A stretch of 64,000 nucleotides of DNA from an uncultured Acidobacteriota bacterium (GTDB lineage Bacteria > Acidobacteriota > Vicinamibacteria > Vicinamibacterales > Fen-181). Below, one piece after another: positions 7,241 through 19,637 of the stretch (position 1 is its first letter; every line of letters begins with the position of its first letter). A program made the translations under genes and the position numbers. The DNA lies in NCBI GenBank assembly GCA_963783255.1, contig CAWAMP010000014.1, forward strand, positions 135,692 through 199,691, given 5' to 3'. Below the pieces are notes generated by a model. That model was not told the DNA's origin and searched no databases. It saw only the letters and a program-made list of their open reading frames with translations.

Positions 7241-10134
7241 TCAGCCGGGTGGACCCAGGTATCGGTCGAACCAGCCGAGCGTTTCGCGGATCGCTTCGTT
7301 GAGCGGGAGATTGTGGCCCGTATCGTACAGAATCCGGCGCTTGTGGTCGGTGGGCGTCCCGAGCACCTGGAAGAACGGGAGCGACGAAGAATCCTCGGGG
7401 AAGTTGTAGTCGTAACGCCCGCTCAACTGCAGCACGGGAATCGTCACCCGGGGCGCGAAATTGATGGGGTCCACCTCGGCCGCCATCTGCTCGAGATAGA
7501 GGCCGGGGACCCACAGCGCTGCCACCTTGATCCGCGCTTCCGGCGCGAGCATCATCGGCGACAGCGCCGCACCGCGACTGTTCCCGAGGTATCCGATTCT
7601 GCCCGAATCGAGTTCGGATCGCGTGGCGAGATAGTCGATGGTGCGGCGCAAATCCTTCGAAAAGTAGATCACATAGTCGCGCCAGAGACTGGTGGACTTG
7701 AGCTGATCGCCGCCGTGGTACTCGTTGTCCGAGCGTTCGTAGGATCCCTTGAACACAGGGAAAGCGACGGCACGACCGGTCCTCACCAGAAATGCAAACG
7801 TGGGATTGGCCAGCGGGGGGCTCGCGCGTTGGTCCCATGCGCTGGAGCCGGGCATGTACACGACGGTCTGATACGGCGGCCGCCCCTGCTTGGGCAGGAA
7901 CAGGTACACGATCACGCGCTCCTGTCCGTAAGCCGCAGCAAAAGAGACCCTCTCGAGGCGCCAGTCGGGATAGCTGTCGTCCGCGAGTTCGACCTTCGGC
8001 GCCAGCGCTGTGCTGTCGTACCAGGTACAGACGCCGGTACGCTTCGAATACGGCGTCGCCAACGGGCTTTTCCTTCGCGTAGTTGCGCGTCGGCGGGCTC
8101 AGCATGCCGCTGACGGCCGCGACCGACGCGTCGCCGTCGTCGTACTTCACCGTCCGGAACCCCGTGTTGCGCCCGCGGTCGAAGGGGGACCGGGCGTCGG
8201 CGTCTCTGAACATGTAGGGAGGCTCGTCCCAGCCGCCCCCCAGAACATAGCGGCGATTGCCGGGCGCCTCGTTGAAGCACCACTCCTTCACGTTGCCGGC
8301 CAAGCCGTAGGCGCCAAACCGATGGAGCGCACGAGTCTGGGCGACTGGCACCGGAGCGGTCGCGTTGAAGTTGCCGAACGGAATGACGTACCCCGTGAGG
8401 CTCTGGGAGGCCACCCAGTACCAATGATAGGCGGTCGGGAGCGCGTGCCCCTTGAATGCCGCGTAGGCCGCTGCCTCGTACCAACTGACGCCGCTGACCG
8501 GGAGTTCTGCAGACCCCGCCGGATAGCTGCCTTGTTCCCAGATCGCCGGACCGGGCCGGCCTGTCGAGTCGACGAAGAACGGGACGGCCTGGTCAAAGGT
8601 CAGCACCTTGCCTTCCCTGATGAACGGTGGTGTCCACCAATCGCGGCGTTTGTAGCCGCCGGCATCCACGAACGCTTTGTACCTGACGATTGGTCACTTC
8701 GTAGCGGTCGATCCAGAAGCCGCCGAATGTCACGCGGGGCGTTTCGAGACCGAAGACGTAGATGGAGAAGTTGCCTCGCACGGGCGATGCGCGCACCATG
8801 CCTTCCGGCGACGAGCCACTGGCGGCGAGGGAGAAGGCCGGAATGCCGGAGGTCACGTCTTCGGCAGGATCGAACCCGGGCTTCTCCGCCTTGAAGCGGA
8901 GCAATCCGATTGGGATTCGCACGTCCTTTACCGGTGTGCTTCCGATCCTCCGCCACCTAGCGTCTGTGCCGTAGCTGGCGTACGAGATGTCAGCGCCGGG
9001 CGGGACGCTCTCGATGGTCACCGTCCGTGCGATCCGGGGCCACAACGCCGCCAATTCTGCGTCGCCCGGGAGCAACGCCTCCGCTTGTCCGGCAAGATCG
9101 ACGGCGTCCACCAAGTCCTGTCGATCGGCCAGGCGCGCGATCTCGGGCACGGCGGTGTACCGCGCCCAGCGCCGCTTGGCCATCTTGTTCCCGAACACGG
9201 CGGCGAACCCGATCACGACAACGAGTGAGACCGCCAGAGGAATTGCCACGATCGGCCGTCGCAGCGTTCGCGACCGAGCCGACGGGACCGCCGCCGCCGT
9301 CCGGTCGCGATACTTCGCGATGACCTCGACAGCATCACCGGCAGTCAGTGTTCGACGCTCCGGGTCCTTGACGAGGGCGTGATCGACGAGCGTGGCGAAC
9401 TCCGGTGGGGCGTCCGGGCGCAGCGAACGGAGGGACGGCGCGGCTTCCGTGGCCAGCGCCAGGAGAATGGCGGACGCGGTCTCACCGCGAAAGGGCAACC
9501 TGCCTGTGAACATCTCGAAGATCAGCACGCCCAGCGCCCAGACGTCCGCGCGGTGATCCACCGGCACGCCGCGAGCCTGCTCCGGCGCCATATACGAAAC
9601 CGTCCCGAGCGTGGTGCCCACCGAGGTCAAGCCCGAAGTGGTGTCGCGCGAATCGGTCTCGACCTTGGCCAGGCCGAAGTCCAGGATCTTCACCTGCCCG
9701 GACGACGTGAGGAAGATGTTGGCGGGCTTGAGATCTCTATGGGTCACGCCGGCCGCGTGCGCCGCCTCGAGGCCCTCGGCGATGTGTCCTGCGATCGACG
9801 CGCACTCCGCGACGGACAGGGGCCCATGCTCGATGCGGCTCTTCAGTGTCTCTCCAGAGTAGTACGCCATCGCGATGAAGAGCTGTTCGTGGAAGTCGCC
9901 CACCTCGTAGACAGTCGCGATGTTCGGATGATCGAGGGAGCTGGCCGCCTGAGCCTCGAGCAGCAAGCGACGCCGCGCGGTCTGGTCCTGGGACGCGGAA
10001 GGAGTGATGAACTTGAGGGCGACCTTGCGGTGGAGCCGCTCGTCCTCTGCGAGATACACGACACCCATGCCCCCGGCCCCGATCTGCTCGAGGACTCTGT
10101 AGTGCGAAACAACGGCACCAGGCAGGGGATCCAT
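7241..10134 (-). pseudogene. receptor Ser/Thr kinase - FGE/SUMF1-like domain - alpha/beta hydrolase, broken by two 1-nt frameshifts (or sequencing errors)
   Basis: Three track ORFs (8593..10134, 7203..8669, 7241..8062) are colinear with the intact paralog at 40580..43693. They cover the kinase (HRDLKPANIFL, DFGLAK), a TM segment, WIDRYEVTNRQ | YKAFVDAGGYKRRDWW ... VSGVSWYEAAAYAAF ... NVKEWCF (FGE-like), and then YLGNSRGAAL ... DTGHNLP (hydrolase). Frame changes occur at about 8682/8683 and 8021/8022. Confidence 0.8.
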
Positions 10135-10243
10135 GGTCGGTTCCGCGCGGATTATAGCAGAGCGCTGTCAACCTCGTGCCGGGCGAACCATGACGCGGCC
10201 GACAATGCCCTGGGCCGTGCGCCGCTGTTATACTCCCCCCGAT

Positions 10244-10378
10244 ATGAACGGCGAAGGTCCTGACGCCACCGTGGTCCCGGACTCGCGCAGCCGCGCCCGT
10301 ACCTACCTGGCCGTGATCCTGGTCGAGGCGCTGGTCATCGCAGGGCTGTACCTGTTCGGCCGCTACTTCTCGGCCTGA
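10244..10378 (+). CDS. small single-helix membrane protein upstream of the symporter (possible accessory subunit)
   Basis: The ATG at 10244 gives [44 protein letters not shown]. The stop lies 8 nt before the symporter ATG. High GC3. Confidence 0.4.
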   Translation: MNGEGPDATVVPDSRSRARTYLAVILVEALVIAGLYLFGRYFSA

Positions 10379-10386
10379 CAAACCGC

Positions 10387-12081
10387 ATGCACCTCATCGA
10401 CTGGCTCGTCGTCGGCGCCTACCTCGTGTGGATCGTCCACGACGGGCTCACGCGCACGCGGTCGGCCAACGAGATGGACGGCTACCTGCTGGCCAAGCGC
10501 AGCCTGCCGTGGTGGGCCGCGGGCCTCTCGGTGATGGCCACGCAGCTGAGCGCCATCACCCTGGTGGGGACGACGGGGCAGGGGTACGCCGACGGCATGC
10601 GCTTCGTGCAGTTCTACTTCGGCCTGCCGATCGCGATGGTGATCCTCTCGCTCACGGTGGTGCCGTTCTTCTTCCGCGCGCGGGTCTACACCGCCTACGA
10701 GTATCTCGAGCAGCGGTTCGACGCGAAGACGCGCGGCCTGGCCACGCTGCTGTTCCTGGCCGGCCGAAGCCTGTCCTGCGGCGTCATCATCGCGGCGCCC
10801 GCCGTCATCCTCTCGATCGTGCTCGGGTGGAACCTCACGCTGACCGTTCTCGCCATCGGCGTGCCGACGGCGGTCTATACGATGTTCGGCGGCGTGCAGG
10901 CGGTGGCGTGGACCGACGTCAAGCAGATGGCCGTCGTGGTCTTCGGCGTGCTCGCCGCCGTCGCGGCGCTCATCGCCGGGCTGCCGCACGACGTGTCGCT
11001 CGGCCAGGCGCTGCACATCGCGGGCGCGGCCGGCCGGCTCCGGACGCTCGATTTCTCGTTCAACCTCGCCGAGAAGTACACCGTCTGGTCCGGCACCATC
11101 GCCAGCCTGTTCCTGATGCTGTCCTACTTCGGCTGCGATCAGAGCCAGGTTCAGCGATACCTCACGGCGAAGTCGATCGACGAAGGCCGCAGTTCGCTGA
11201 TGATGAGCGCGTTCGTCAAGATCCCGCTGCAGGCGCTGATCCTGCTCACGGGCGTCCTGGTGTTCGCCTACTACCTGTTCGTGCAGCCGCCGATGCTCTT
11301 CAACCCGGTCCACGAGGCGAGCATCGAGTCCAGCCCGCGGGCGGCCGAGTTCCGTCAATTGGAGCGCCAGTTCGGCGCGGCGTTCGACGAGCGGCGGCAG
11401 GCGGCGCTGGCGCTGGTGGCCGCCGGAGAGAGCGGCGACCAGCCGCGCCTCGCTTCGGCGCGCGCCGCCTTCAAGGACGTCGACGAACGGCTCAAGGCAA
11501 ATCGGTTGCAGGCCAGGGGCCTCGTCAGGGCGGTGACGGGCGACGCGGTCTACGACGATGTGAACTACGTGTTCCCGACGTTCGTGACCACCCGGCTGCC
11601 GATGGGGCTGGTCGGGCTGATCATCGCCGCGATCTTCGCGGCCGCGATGTCGGCGAGCGCGGGCGAAATGAACGCGCTGGCCACCTCGACGGTCATCGAC
11701 GTCTATCGCCGCCACATCCGAAAGGGGGCGGCCGACGCGCACTACCTGCTCGTGTCGAAGGCGGCCACCGGGTTCTGGGGACTCGCGGCGTGCGCGTTTG
11801 CGGTGTACGCGGCGCAGGCGGGTTCGCTGATCGAGGTGGTGAACAAAGTCGGTTCGCTCTTCTACGGGACGATCCTCGGCGCCTTCATGCTGGCGATTGG
11901 GACGAAGCGCGCCAACGGGCACGGCGCGTTTGCCGGGATGCTCGCCGGCTTCGCCACGGTGCTGCTCGCCGCCCGGTACTCCGCCATCTCCTACCTCTGG
12001 TACAACGTCGTCGGCGCCGCCGTCGTCGTCGCGGTCGGCCTCCTCGTGAGCGTCGTGACCAGACCAGCGCCCGCGCGCTGA
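10387..12081 (+). CDS. sodium:solute symporter (SSS) family transporter
   Basis: 564 aa and multi-TM. The N-terminal pattern [36 protein letters not shown] ... [11 protein letters not shown] is typical of SSS. Confidence 0.9.
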   Translation: MHLIDWLVVGAYLVWIVHDGLTRTRSANEMDGYLLAKRSLPWWAAGLSVMATQLSAITLVGTTGQGYADGMRFVQFYFGLPIAMVILSLTVVPFFFRARVYTAYEYLEQRFDAKTRGLATLLFLAGRSLSCGVIIAAPAVILSIVLGWNLTLTVLAIGVPTAVYTMFGGVQAVAWTDVKQMAVVVFGVLAAVAALIAGLPHDVSLGQALHIAGAAGRLRTLDFSFNLAEKYTVWSGTIASLFLMLSYFGCDQSQVQRYLTAKSIDEGRSSLMMSAFVKIPLQALILLTGVLVFAYYLFVQPPMLFNPVHEASIESSPRAAEFRQLERQFGAAFDERRQAALALVAAGESGDQPRLASARAAFKDVDERLKANRLQARGLVRAVTGDAVYDDVNYVFPTFVTTRLPMGLVGLIIAAIFAAAMSASAGEMNALATSTVIDVYRRHIRKGAADAHYLLVSKAATGFWGLAACAFAVYAAQAGSLIEVVNKVGSLFYGTILGAFMLAIGTKRANGHGAFAGMLAGFATVLLAARYSAISYLWYNVVGAAVVVAVGLLVSVVTRPAPAR

Positions 12082-12085
12082 CGCT

Positions 12086-12357
12086 CGGCCAGAACAACCA
12101 CGAAGCTCACAAAGGACACAGAGGCTCCCACGCGGAGGGCTTCGACGATGCCCCGGCTTCGCCGGGGCGTCCGGCGGGAGGCCGGGCGGCGCGTGCACGA
12201 ACCCGATGGCACGCAGGTCGGGCTCGTGCGCGCACCGCCAGGCCTTCCGCCCGGGCCTGTTGGCCCGGCGTCGAAGCCCGTTGTGCCGCCACGCGGGAAC
12301 ACGTGACTTGAGCGCGCCTCCGTGAGCTTTGTGCCCTCCGTGGTGATCAGTCGTGGG
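12086..12357. repeat. ~270-bp nested-palindrome intergenic element, copy 2
   Basis: Same block order and orientation as 2055..2328. Long-range complementary arms include gggcttcgacg / cgtcgaagccc and gtgcacgaaccc / gggctcgtgcgc. Confidence 0.6.
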
Positions 12358-12437
12358 CGAAGTAGCAGCGGAACATGTTGTGTCTAAATGGTTTGTCTGC
12401 CATGAGATCTGAGCCTGACGGCCAGACACAAAATATC

Positions 12438-12468
12438 GGACTCAATCAGTCCTGTATCGTGTTATATT
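12438..12468 (+). promoter_or_regulatory. candidate suf promoter/operator: palindrome ggactcaatcagtcc plus extended -10-like tgttatatt
   Basis: Lower-GC stretch about 100 nt upstream of sufB. Perfect 5-bp arms ggact/agtcc at 12438..12452. TATATT at 12463..12468 is preceded by TGT. No good -35 element. Confidence 0.25.
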
Positions 12469-12566
12469 GGAGACCATATCGGTCGGAGTGGCAGGTTGAC
12501 CGGGAGCCGTCGGCCCCCAATTCCGGTCAGCGGCGGCTCCGGCTGTCATTATCCAGAGAGTCGGGC

Positions 12567-14012
<1,446 letters not shown>

Positions 14013-14020
14013 GCACGCAC

Positions 14021-14092
14021 GGCATCTGGCGATCTTGCGATCTTGCGATCTTGCGAAGTGGCGATCTTGCGAAGTGGCGAAGTGGCGAAGTT
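14021..14092. repeat. octamer tandem array (GCGATCTT / GCGAAGTG, 9 units) inside the sufB-sufC spacer
   Basis: Read directly: ggcatctg gcgatctt gcgatctt gcgatctt gcgaagtg gcgatctt gcgaagtg gcgaagtg gcgaagtt. Confidence 0.85.
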
Positions 14093-14108
14093 GGGAGCGA
14101 GTGAGACG

Positions 14109-14855
<747 letters not shown>

Positions 14856-14874
14856 GGCTTGAGTCTCCAGGCGT

Positions 14875-14902
14875 AAGGCTCAAGGCTCAGGGCTCACGGT
14901 AC
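14875..14902. repeat. heptamer tandem repeat A(A/G/C)GGCTC in the sufC-sufD spacer
   Basis: aaggctc aaggctc agggctc acggtac. The same unit recurs at 34642..34680. Confidence 0.5.
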
Positions 14903-14915
14903 GAGGCGCGACGAG

Positions 14916-16241
14916 ATGGCGACGATGACAGACACGCATCTGGCGACGGCCGGCAGCATCGAGGCGGCGCGCGCGCACGAGCCCGCCTGGCTCGGCGACC
15001 TCCGCCGCTCGGCGGCGGCCGCCTTCGAGAAGATGGGATTCCCCACGACCCGGGACGAGGAGTGGCGCTTCACGAACGTCACGCCTATTGCCGGGACGGC
15101 GTTCGTCCCCGCACCGCCGGCGGTGGTTGCGAAGAGCGCGGTTTCCAGGTTCGCCGTGCCCGGACTGGCGGGGCCCGTGATGACGTTCGTCAACGGGCGG
15201 TTTGCCCCCCGGCTCTCCACTCTCGACGCGCCGCCGACCGGCCTGACGGCCGGTTCACTCGCCGACGCCATCGCTCGGAACCCGGCGAGTCTCCAGCCGC
15301 ACCTCGGCCGCTACACGGACTTCACAACCCGGCCGTTCGCCGCGCTCAACACCGCGGCGTTCGAGGACGGTGCGCTGGTGGCCATCGCCGACAACGTCGT
15401 GGTCGAAGAGGCGATCCAGTTGCTCTTCCTGTCGACGGTGACGCCGGCGCCAGCCGTCTCCCACCCGCGGGTGCTTATCCTTCTCGGCCGGAACAGCCAG
15501 GCGCGCGTGGTGGAGACGTTCGCCGCCGTGGGGCCCTCGGGCGGCTTCACGAACGCGGTCACCGAGATCGTCGTCGGCGACGGCGCGGTTCTCGATCACT
15601 ACCGCGTGCAACGCGAATCCGTGTCGGCCTTTCACGTCGGCCACACGCAGCTTCAGCTCGGGCGCTCGAGCCGCTCCTCGTCGCACTCGGTCGCGCTCGG
15701 CGGCCTGATCGCCCGGCACGACGCGGTGGCCGTGCTCGGCGACGAAGGCGCGGACTGCACGCTGAACGGCCTCTACCTCGCCGGCGGCACCCAGCTCGTC
15801 GACAACCACACCGAGATCGACCATGCGGCGCCCCACGGGACGAGCCACGAACTCTACAAGGGCATCCTCGACGGGAGCGCCCGGGGCGTGTTCAACGGAC
15901 GCATCCGCGTCCGGCCCGACGCGCAGAAGACCGACGCGAAGCAGACGAACAAGACGCTCCTGCTCTCCGGCGACGCCCAGATCCACACGAAGCCGCAGCT
16001 CGAAATCTTCGCCAACGACGTGAAGTGCACTCACGGCGCCACGGTCGGGCAGCTCAGCGAGGACGCCCTCTTCTACCTGCGCGCCCGCGGCATCGGCCTG
16101 GACGATGCGCGGAGCCTGCTGGTGAAGGCGTTCGCGACGGACGTGACGAGCCGGATCACCCTGGAGCCGGTTCGCGCCGAACTCAACCGGCTGCTGTCCG
16201 CCCGGCTGCCCGGCGCGCCGGCCGAAGAGGCGTTCGCATGA
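14916..16241 (+). CDS. sufD: Fe-S cluster assembly protein SufD
   Basis: 441 aa located between sufC and sufS. Conserved C-terminal SufB/D block (HTEIDHAAPHGTSHELYKGILDGSARGVFNGRI ... THGATVGQLSEDALFYLRARGI). Confidence 0.9.
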   Translation: MATMTDTHLATAGSIEAARAHEPAWLGDLRRSAAAAFEKMGFPTTRDEEWRFTNVTPIAGTAFVPAPPAVVAKSAVSRFAVPGLAGPVMTFVNGRFAPRLSTLDAPPTGLTAGSLADAIARNPASLQPHLGRYTDFTTRPFAALNTAAFEDGALVAIADNVVVEEAIQLLFLSTVTPAPAVSHPRVLILLGRNSQARVVETFAAVGPSGGFTNAVTEIVVGDGAVLDHYRVQRESVSAFHVGHTQLQLGRSSRSSSHSVALGGLIARHDAVAVLGDEGADCTLNGLYLAGGTQLVDNHTEIDHAAPHGTSHELYKGILDGSARGVFNGRIRVRPDAQKTDAKQTNKTLLLSGDAQIHTKPQLEIFANDVKCTHGATVGQLSEDALFYLRARGIGLDDARSLLVKAFATDVTSRITLEPVRAELNRLLSARLPGAPAEEAFA

Positions 16242-17461
16242 CCCCGTTCGACGCGGCCGCCGTCCGCCGCGACTTCCCGATTCTGGACCAGTCGGTCCAC
16301 GGGAAGCCGCTGGTGTACCTGGACAACGCCGCCACGACGCAGAAGCCGCGGGCCGTCATCGACGCCATCTCGAACTACTACCTGTCGGACAACGCCAACA
16401 TTCACCGGGGCGTCCACCTGCTCAGCGAGCGCTCGACGGCCGCCTACGAAGACGCGCGCGCGGTGGTCCGGACGTTCCTGAACGCCCGCGAGTCGCGCGA
16501 GATCGTCTTCGTGCGCGGCACCACCGAGGCGATCAACCTCGTCGCGCACTCCTACGCCCGGCCGCTGCTCGGGCCCGGCGACGAGATCGTCGTGTCGATT
16601 CTCGAGCACCACTCGAACTTCGTGCCGTGGAAGATGGCGTGCGAGGCGACCGGCGCGGTGCTTCGCGTGGTGCCGATGACCGACGCCGGCGAGCTGCGGA
16701 TGGACGAGTACGAGCGGCTGCTCGGCGACCGGACGCGCCTGGTGGCGCTCGCGCACGTGTCGAACGCGCTCGGGACGATTAACCCGGCGGCCGACATCGT
16801 CCGGCTGGCGCACGCCCGGGGCATTCCGGTCCTGCTCGACGGTGCACAGGCCGTCCCGCACATGAAGGTCGACGTGGCGGCGCTCGGCTGCGACTTCTAC
16901 GCCTTCTCGGGCCACAAGCTGTTCGGGCCGACCGGGATCGGCGTTCTCTACGGCAGGGCGGAGCTGATGGACCGGATGCCGCCGTGGCAGGGCGGCGGCG
17001 ACATGATCAGCTCGGTGACGCTGGAAGAGGTTCGCTACAACACGCTGCCCGCGAAGTTCGAGGCCGGCACCCCCGACATCGCCGGCGCGGTCGGCCTGGC
17101 CGCCGCGATCGACTACCTGAACGGCCTCGATATGGACGCCGCGTCCGCGCACGAGTCCGCGCTCGCCCGCTACGCCGAGGCGAAGCTGTCCGAGTTCGAC
17201 GACGTGAGGCTGGTGGGCCGGGCCGCGGAGAAGGCCGGGATCGTGTCGTTCGTCATGACAACCGCGCACCCGCACGACATCGGCACCATCCTCGACCGGG
17301 AGGGCGTGGCGATCCGGACCGGCCACCACTGCTGCCAGCCGCTGATGCACCGGCTCGGCGTGCCGGCGACCGCGCGCGCCTCGCTGGCCTTCTACAACAC
17401 CCGCGAAGACGTGGACCGGCTGGTGGACGCGATCGGGCAGGTGAGGAGGATGTTCAGCTGA
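16238..17461 (+). CDS. sufS: cysteine desulfurase SufS (class V aminotransferase)
   Basis: The ATG at 16238 overlaps the sufD stop (ATGA). MTPFDAAAVRRDFPILDQSVHGKPLVYLDNAATTQKP; PLP lysine context FSGHKLFGPTGIG; active-site loop RTGHHCCQPL. Confidence 0.95.
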   Translation: MTPFDAAAVRRDFPILDQSVHGKPLVYLDNAATTQKPRAVIDAISNYYLSDNANIHRGVHLLSERSTAAYEDARAVVRTFLNARESREIVFVRGTTEAINLVAHSYARPLLGPGDEIVVSILEHHSNFVPWKMACEATGAVLRVVPMTDAGELRMDEYERLLGDRTRLVALAHVSNALGTINPAADIVRLAHARGIPVLLDGAQAVPHMKVDVAALGCDFYAFSGHKLFGPTGIGVLYGRAELMDRMPPWQGGGDMISSVTLEEVRYNTLPAKFEAGTPDIAGAVGLAAAIDYLNGLDMDAASAHESALARYAEAKLSEFDDVRLVGRAAEKAGIVSFVMTTAHPHDIGTILDREGVAIRTGHHCCQPLMHRLGVPATARASLAFYNTREDVDRLVDAIGQVRRMFS

Positions 17462-17910
17462 TGTCCGACCTGAGAGAGCTGTACCAGGAGGTGATCCTCG
17501 ATCACCACAAAGCGCCCCGGAACTTCGGGCCTCTGCCCGAGGCGAACCGGAGCGCGGAAGGGCGCAACCCTCTGTGCGGCGACCACCTCTCGGTGCAGGT
17601 CGATGTCGAGGACGGCCTCATCAAGGGGGTCGCGTTCGAGGGGGCCGGCTGCGCCATCTCGCGGGCCTCGGCCTCGCTCATGACCGACGCGGTCAAAGGC
17701 AAACCGGTAGAAGAAGCCGAGCGGATGTTCGAGGAGTTCCACCGGATGGTGACCTCCGGCGTCGAGGACGCGGTGGAAGAGAGCCTGGGGAAGCTGGCCG
17801 TCTTCTGCGGCGTTCGCGAGTTCCCGTCGCGGGTGAAGTGCGCCAGCCTGGCCTGGCACACGCTGCACGCGGCACTCGAAGCGAAGGGCAGCACGGCGAG
17901 CACGGAATAG
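17461..17910 (+). CDS. sufU: SUF-system NifU/IscU-like scaffold SufU
   Basis: The start overlaps the sufS stop (TGATG). MSDLRELYQEVILDHHKAPRNFG ... NPLCGDHLSV ... FEGAGCAISRASASLM ... VKCASLAW. Confidence 0.9.
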   Translation: MSDLRELYQEVILDHHKAPRNFGPLPEANRSAEGRNPLCGDHLSVQVDVEDGLIKGVAFEGAGCAISRASASLMTDAVKGKPVEEAERMFEEFHRMVTSGVEDAVEESLGKLAVFCGVREFPSRVKCASLAWHTLHAALEAKGSTASTE

Positions 17911-17975
17911 CACGGCTCTCGACACTCGGCCCTCGGCCGTGCCAGGCGCCGGGCCGAAAGCCTTTGAGAACAGTC

Positions 17976-18299
17976 ATGCCCGACCCCGTCCTCGCCCTGT
18001 CCCTGCGGCCGAAGATCATCGACGCGCTGTGCTCGGTGTTCGACCCCGAGATCCCCGTCAGCATCTGGGAGCTCGGCCTCATCTACGACATCGAAATCGA
18101 CGCCGACAGGCGCGTGCTCGTCAGGATGACGCTGACCGCTCCTGGGTGCCCGGCCGCGCAGGCGCTCCCGCTCGAGGTCGAGCGGAACGTCCGCGGCGTC
18201 GAGGGCGTGACGGACGCCACCGTCGAAGTCGTCTGGGAACCTGCCTGGTCGCCAGACCGGATGTCGGAAGCCGCACGGCTGCAGCTCGGAATGCTCTGA
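17976..18299 (+). CDS. sufT: DUF59 / SufT-like Fe-S assembly factor
   Basis: 107 aa. VFDPEIPVSIWELGLIYDIEI ... VRMTLTAPGCPAA is the DUF59 signature. Last gene of the suf cluster. Confidence 0.8.
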   Translation: MPDPVLALSLRPKIIDALCSVFDPEIPVSIWELGLIYDIEIDADRRVLVRMTLTAPGCPAAQALPLEVERNVRGVEGVTDATVEVVWEPAWSPDRMSEAARLQLGML

Positions 18300-18402
18300 C
18301 AAAAGCGTAAGCTCGTGTCCGGTTCCGAGACAGGGTCCGGTCCCGTCCGGCCGGCTCCGGCCTGATTTCCCTCCAATCCTCGCCATTCGTCCTCGCAGTT
18401 CC

Positions 18403-18417
18403 TGGCCCGCGCCTTGC
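18403..18417 (+). promoter_or_regulatory. sigma-54-type -24/-12 promoter candidate upstream of the minor-pilin operon
   Basis: tggcccgcgccttgc matches TGGCAC-N5-TTGC in the GG and GC positions with exact spacing. It lies 31 nt upstream of the ATG at 18448. Confidence 0.35.
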
Positions 18418-18447
18418 CCTACGGTGGTCCCGGGGGTTGGACCCGAC

Positions 18448-19062
18448 ATGAACCATCCACACGCGCCCGCCACCTTCGGCAAGCGGCGAGGATTCACGCT
18501 GGTCGAACTGCTGGTCGTGGTCGCCCTGGCCGGCGTACTCGCGGCGATTGCCGTGCCGGCCATGAGCTCCGCGACCCGCGGCTACCGGCTGGCGGGCGAC
18601 GCCCGCACGCTCGCGCACACCGTGAGCCTCGCGAAGATGCGGGCCGCCGCTGCCTTCACCCGCGTCCGGCTGCGCGCCGACACCGGCGCCCGGACCTTCG
18701 CGATCGAGGAGTGGAACGGCACCGCCTGGGTCGTCAGCGGCGGAACGCAGAGACTGTCCCCCGGAGTCACATTCGGCTTCGGAGGCCTGGCCTCGGCGCC
18801 GCCGAACACGCAGACGACCATCGCCCTGTCGTCCGTCTGCCTCGACACCTCGGACCCGCCCGTGCCGATTCCGAGCACGGCGTGCATCGTCTACAACTCA
18901 CGCGGGGTGCCCGTCAACGCGAACGGGGCTCCCATCGGCGGCAACGGCCTCTATCTGACCGATGGGACCGCGGTCTACGCCAGCATGGTGGCGGCCACCG
19001 GCCTCAACACCGTGTGGTGGACGCCCTACGCCACGCCACCTAGATGGCTGAAGGTGCAGTGA
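18448..19062 (+). CDS. type IV pilin-like protein, GspH/FimT-family pseudopilin
   Basis: Prepilin N-terminus KRRGFTLVELLVVVALAGVLAAIAVP. Start taken at MNHPHAP (track ORF starts at 18424). Confidence 0.75.
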   Translation: MNHPHAPATFGKRRGFTLVELLVVVALAGVLAAIAVPAMSSATRGYRLAGDARTLAHTVSLAKMRAAAAFTRVRLRADTGARTFAIEEWNGTAWVVSGGTQRLSPGVTFGFGGLASAPPNTQTTIALSSVCLDTSDPPVPIPSTACIVYNSRGVPVNANGAPIGGNGLYLTDGTAVYASMVAATGLNTVWWTPYATPPRWLKVQ

Positions 19063-19070
19063 GGATCACC

Positions 19071-19628
19071 ATGAGCGCCAACGTGCCGGCGGTTCGCAGA
19101 GAGCCCAGACATTCGGAGCGGGGGGTCAGCCTGCTCGAGACCGTGGTCGCATTGAGCATCCTTCTCGTCGTCGCGATGGGCCTCCTGCCGCTCGGCGTCG
19201 TGGCCATCTCGACCACCGAGACCCAGGGCCATCTGGTCGCCCGTGTCACCGAGTACTCGCAGGACAAGATGGAACAGCTCCTGTCGCTGGCCTACAACGA
19301 CGGCGTCACGGACACCCGGGCGCGCGTGGCGACGCCGTTCGGCACGACCAGCGGTGGCACGGGACTCGCCGTGGGCGGCAGCCCGAACCCGGCCGCCCCG
19401 GTCGCGCTCTACGTGGACTATCTCGACGCGATGGGCACGCCGGTGGACGCCACCGGCACCGCCGAGCCCGCCGGGTGGTTCTACAAGCGCGTCTGGCAGG
19501 TCTCCCTGCCGGCGGGGACGACCGGAGTCAAGCAGGTCGCGGTGACGACCGTCGTGGCGCGCCGCGTCGGCTGGATCGGCCGCGTGCCGCAGACGACGGT
19601 CATTTCGCAGAAGACGTTTCCGTTCTGA
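19071..19628 (+). CDS. PilV-like minor pilin
   Basis: SERGVSLLETVVALSILLVVAMGLL prepilin-type N-terminal helix. Second gene of the cluster. Confidence 0.7.
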   Translation: MSANVPAVRREPRHSERGVSLLETVVALSILLVVAMGLLPLGVVAISTTETQGHLVARVTEYSQDKMEQLLSLAYNDGVTDTRARVATPFGTTSGGTGLAVGGSPNPAAPVALYVDYLDAMGTPVDATGTAEPAGWFYKRVWQVSLPAGTTGVKQVAVTTVVARRVGWIGRVPQTTVISQKTFPF

Positions 19629-19637
19629 GGAGGTTCC

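Noticed and set aside
14021-14092. CRISPR interpretation of the tandem arrays (also 30906..31001, 37413..37466, 45068..45165, 56223..56380).
   Set aside because: The units are 7-20 nt and directly adjacent, with no unique spacers. No cas genes are present.
18349-18368. Terminator after sufT (ggccgg-ct-ccggcc followed by tgattt).
   Set aside because: The loop of 2 nt is too tight and the T tract is weak, so I cannot support it.
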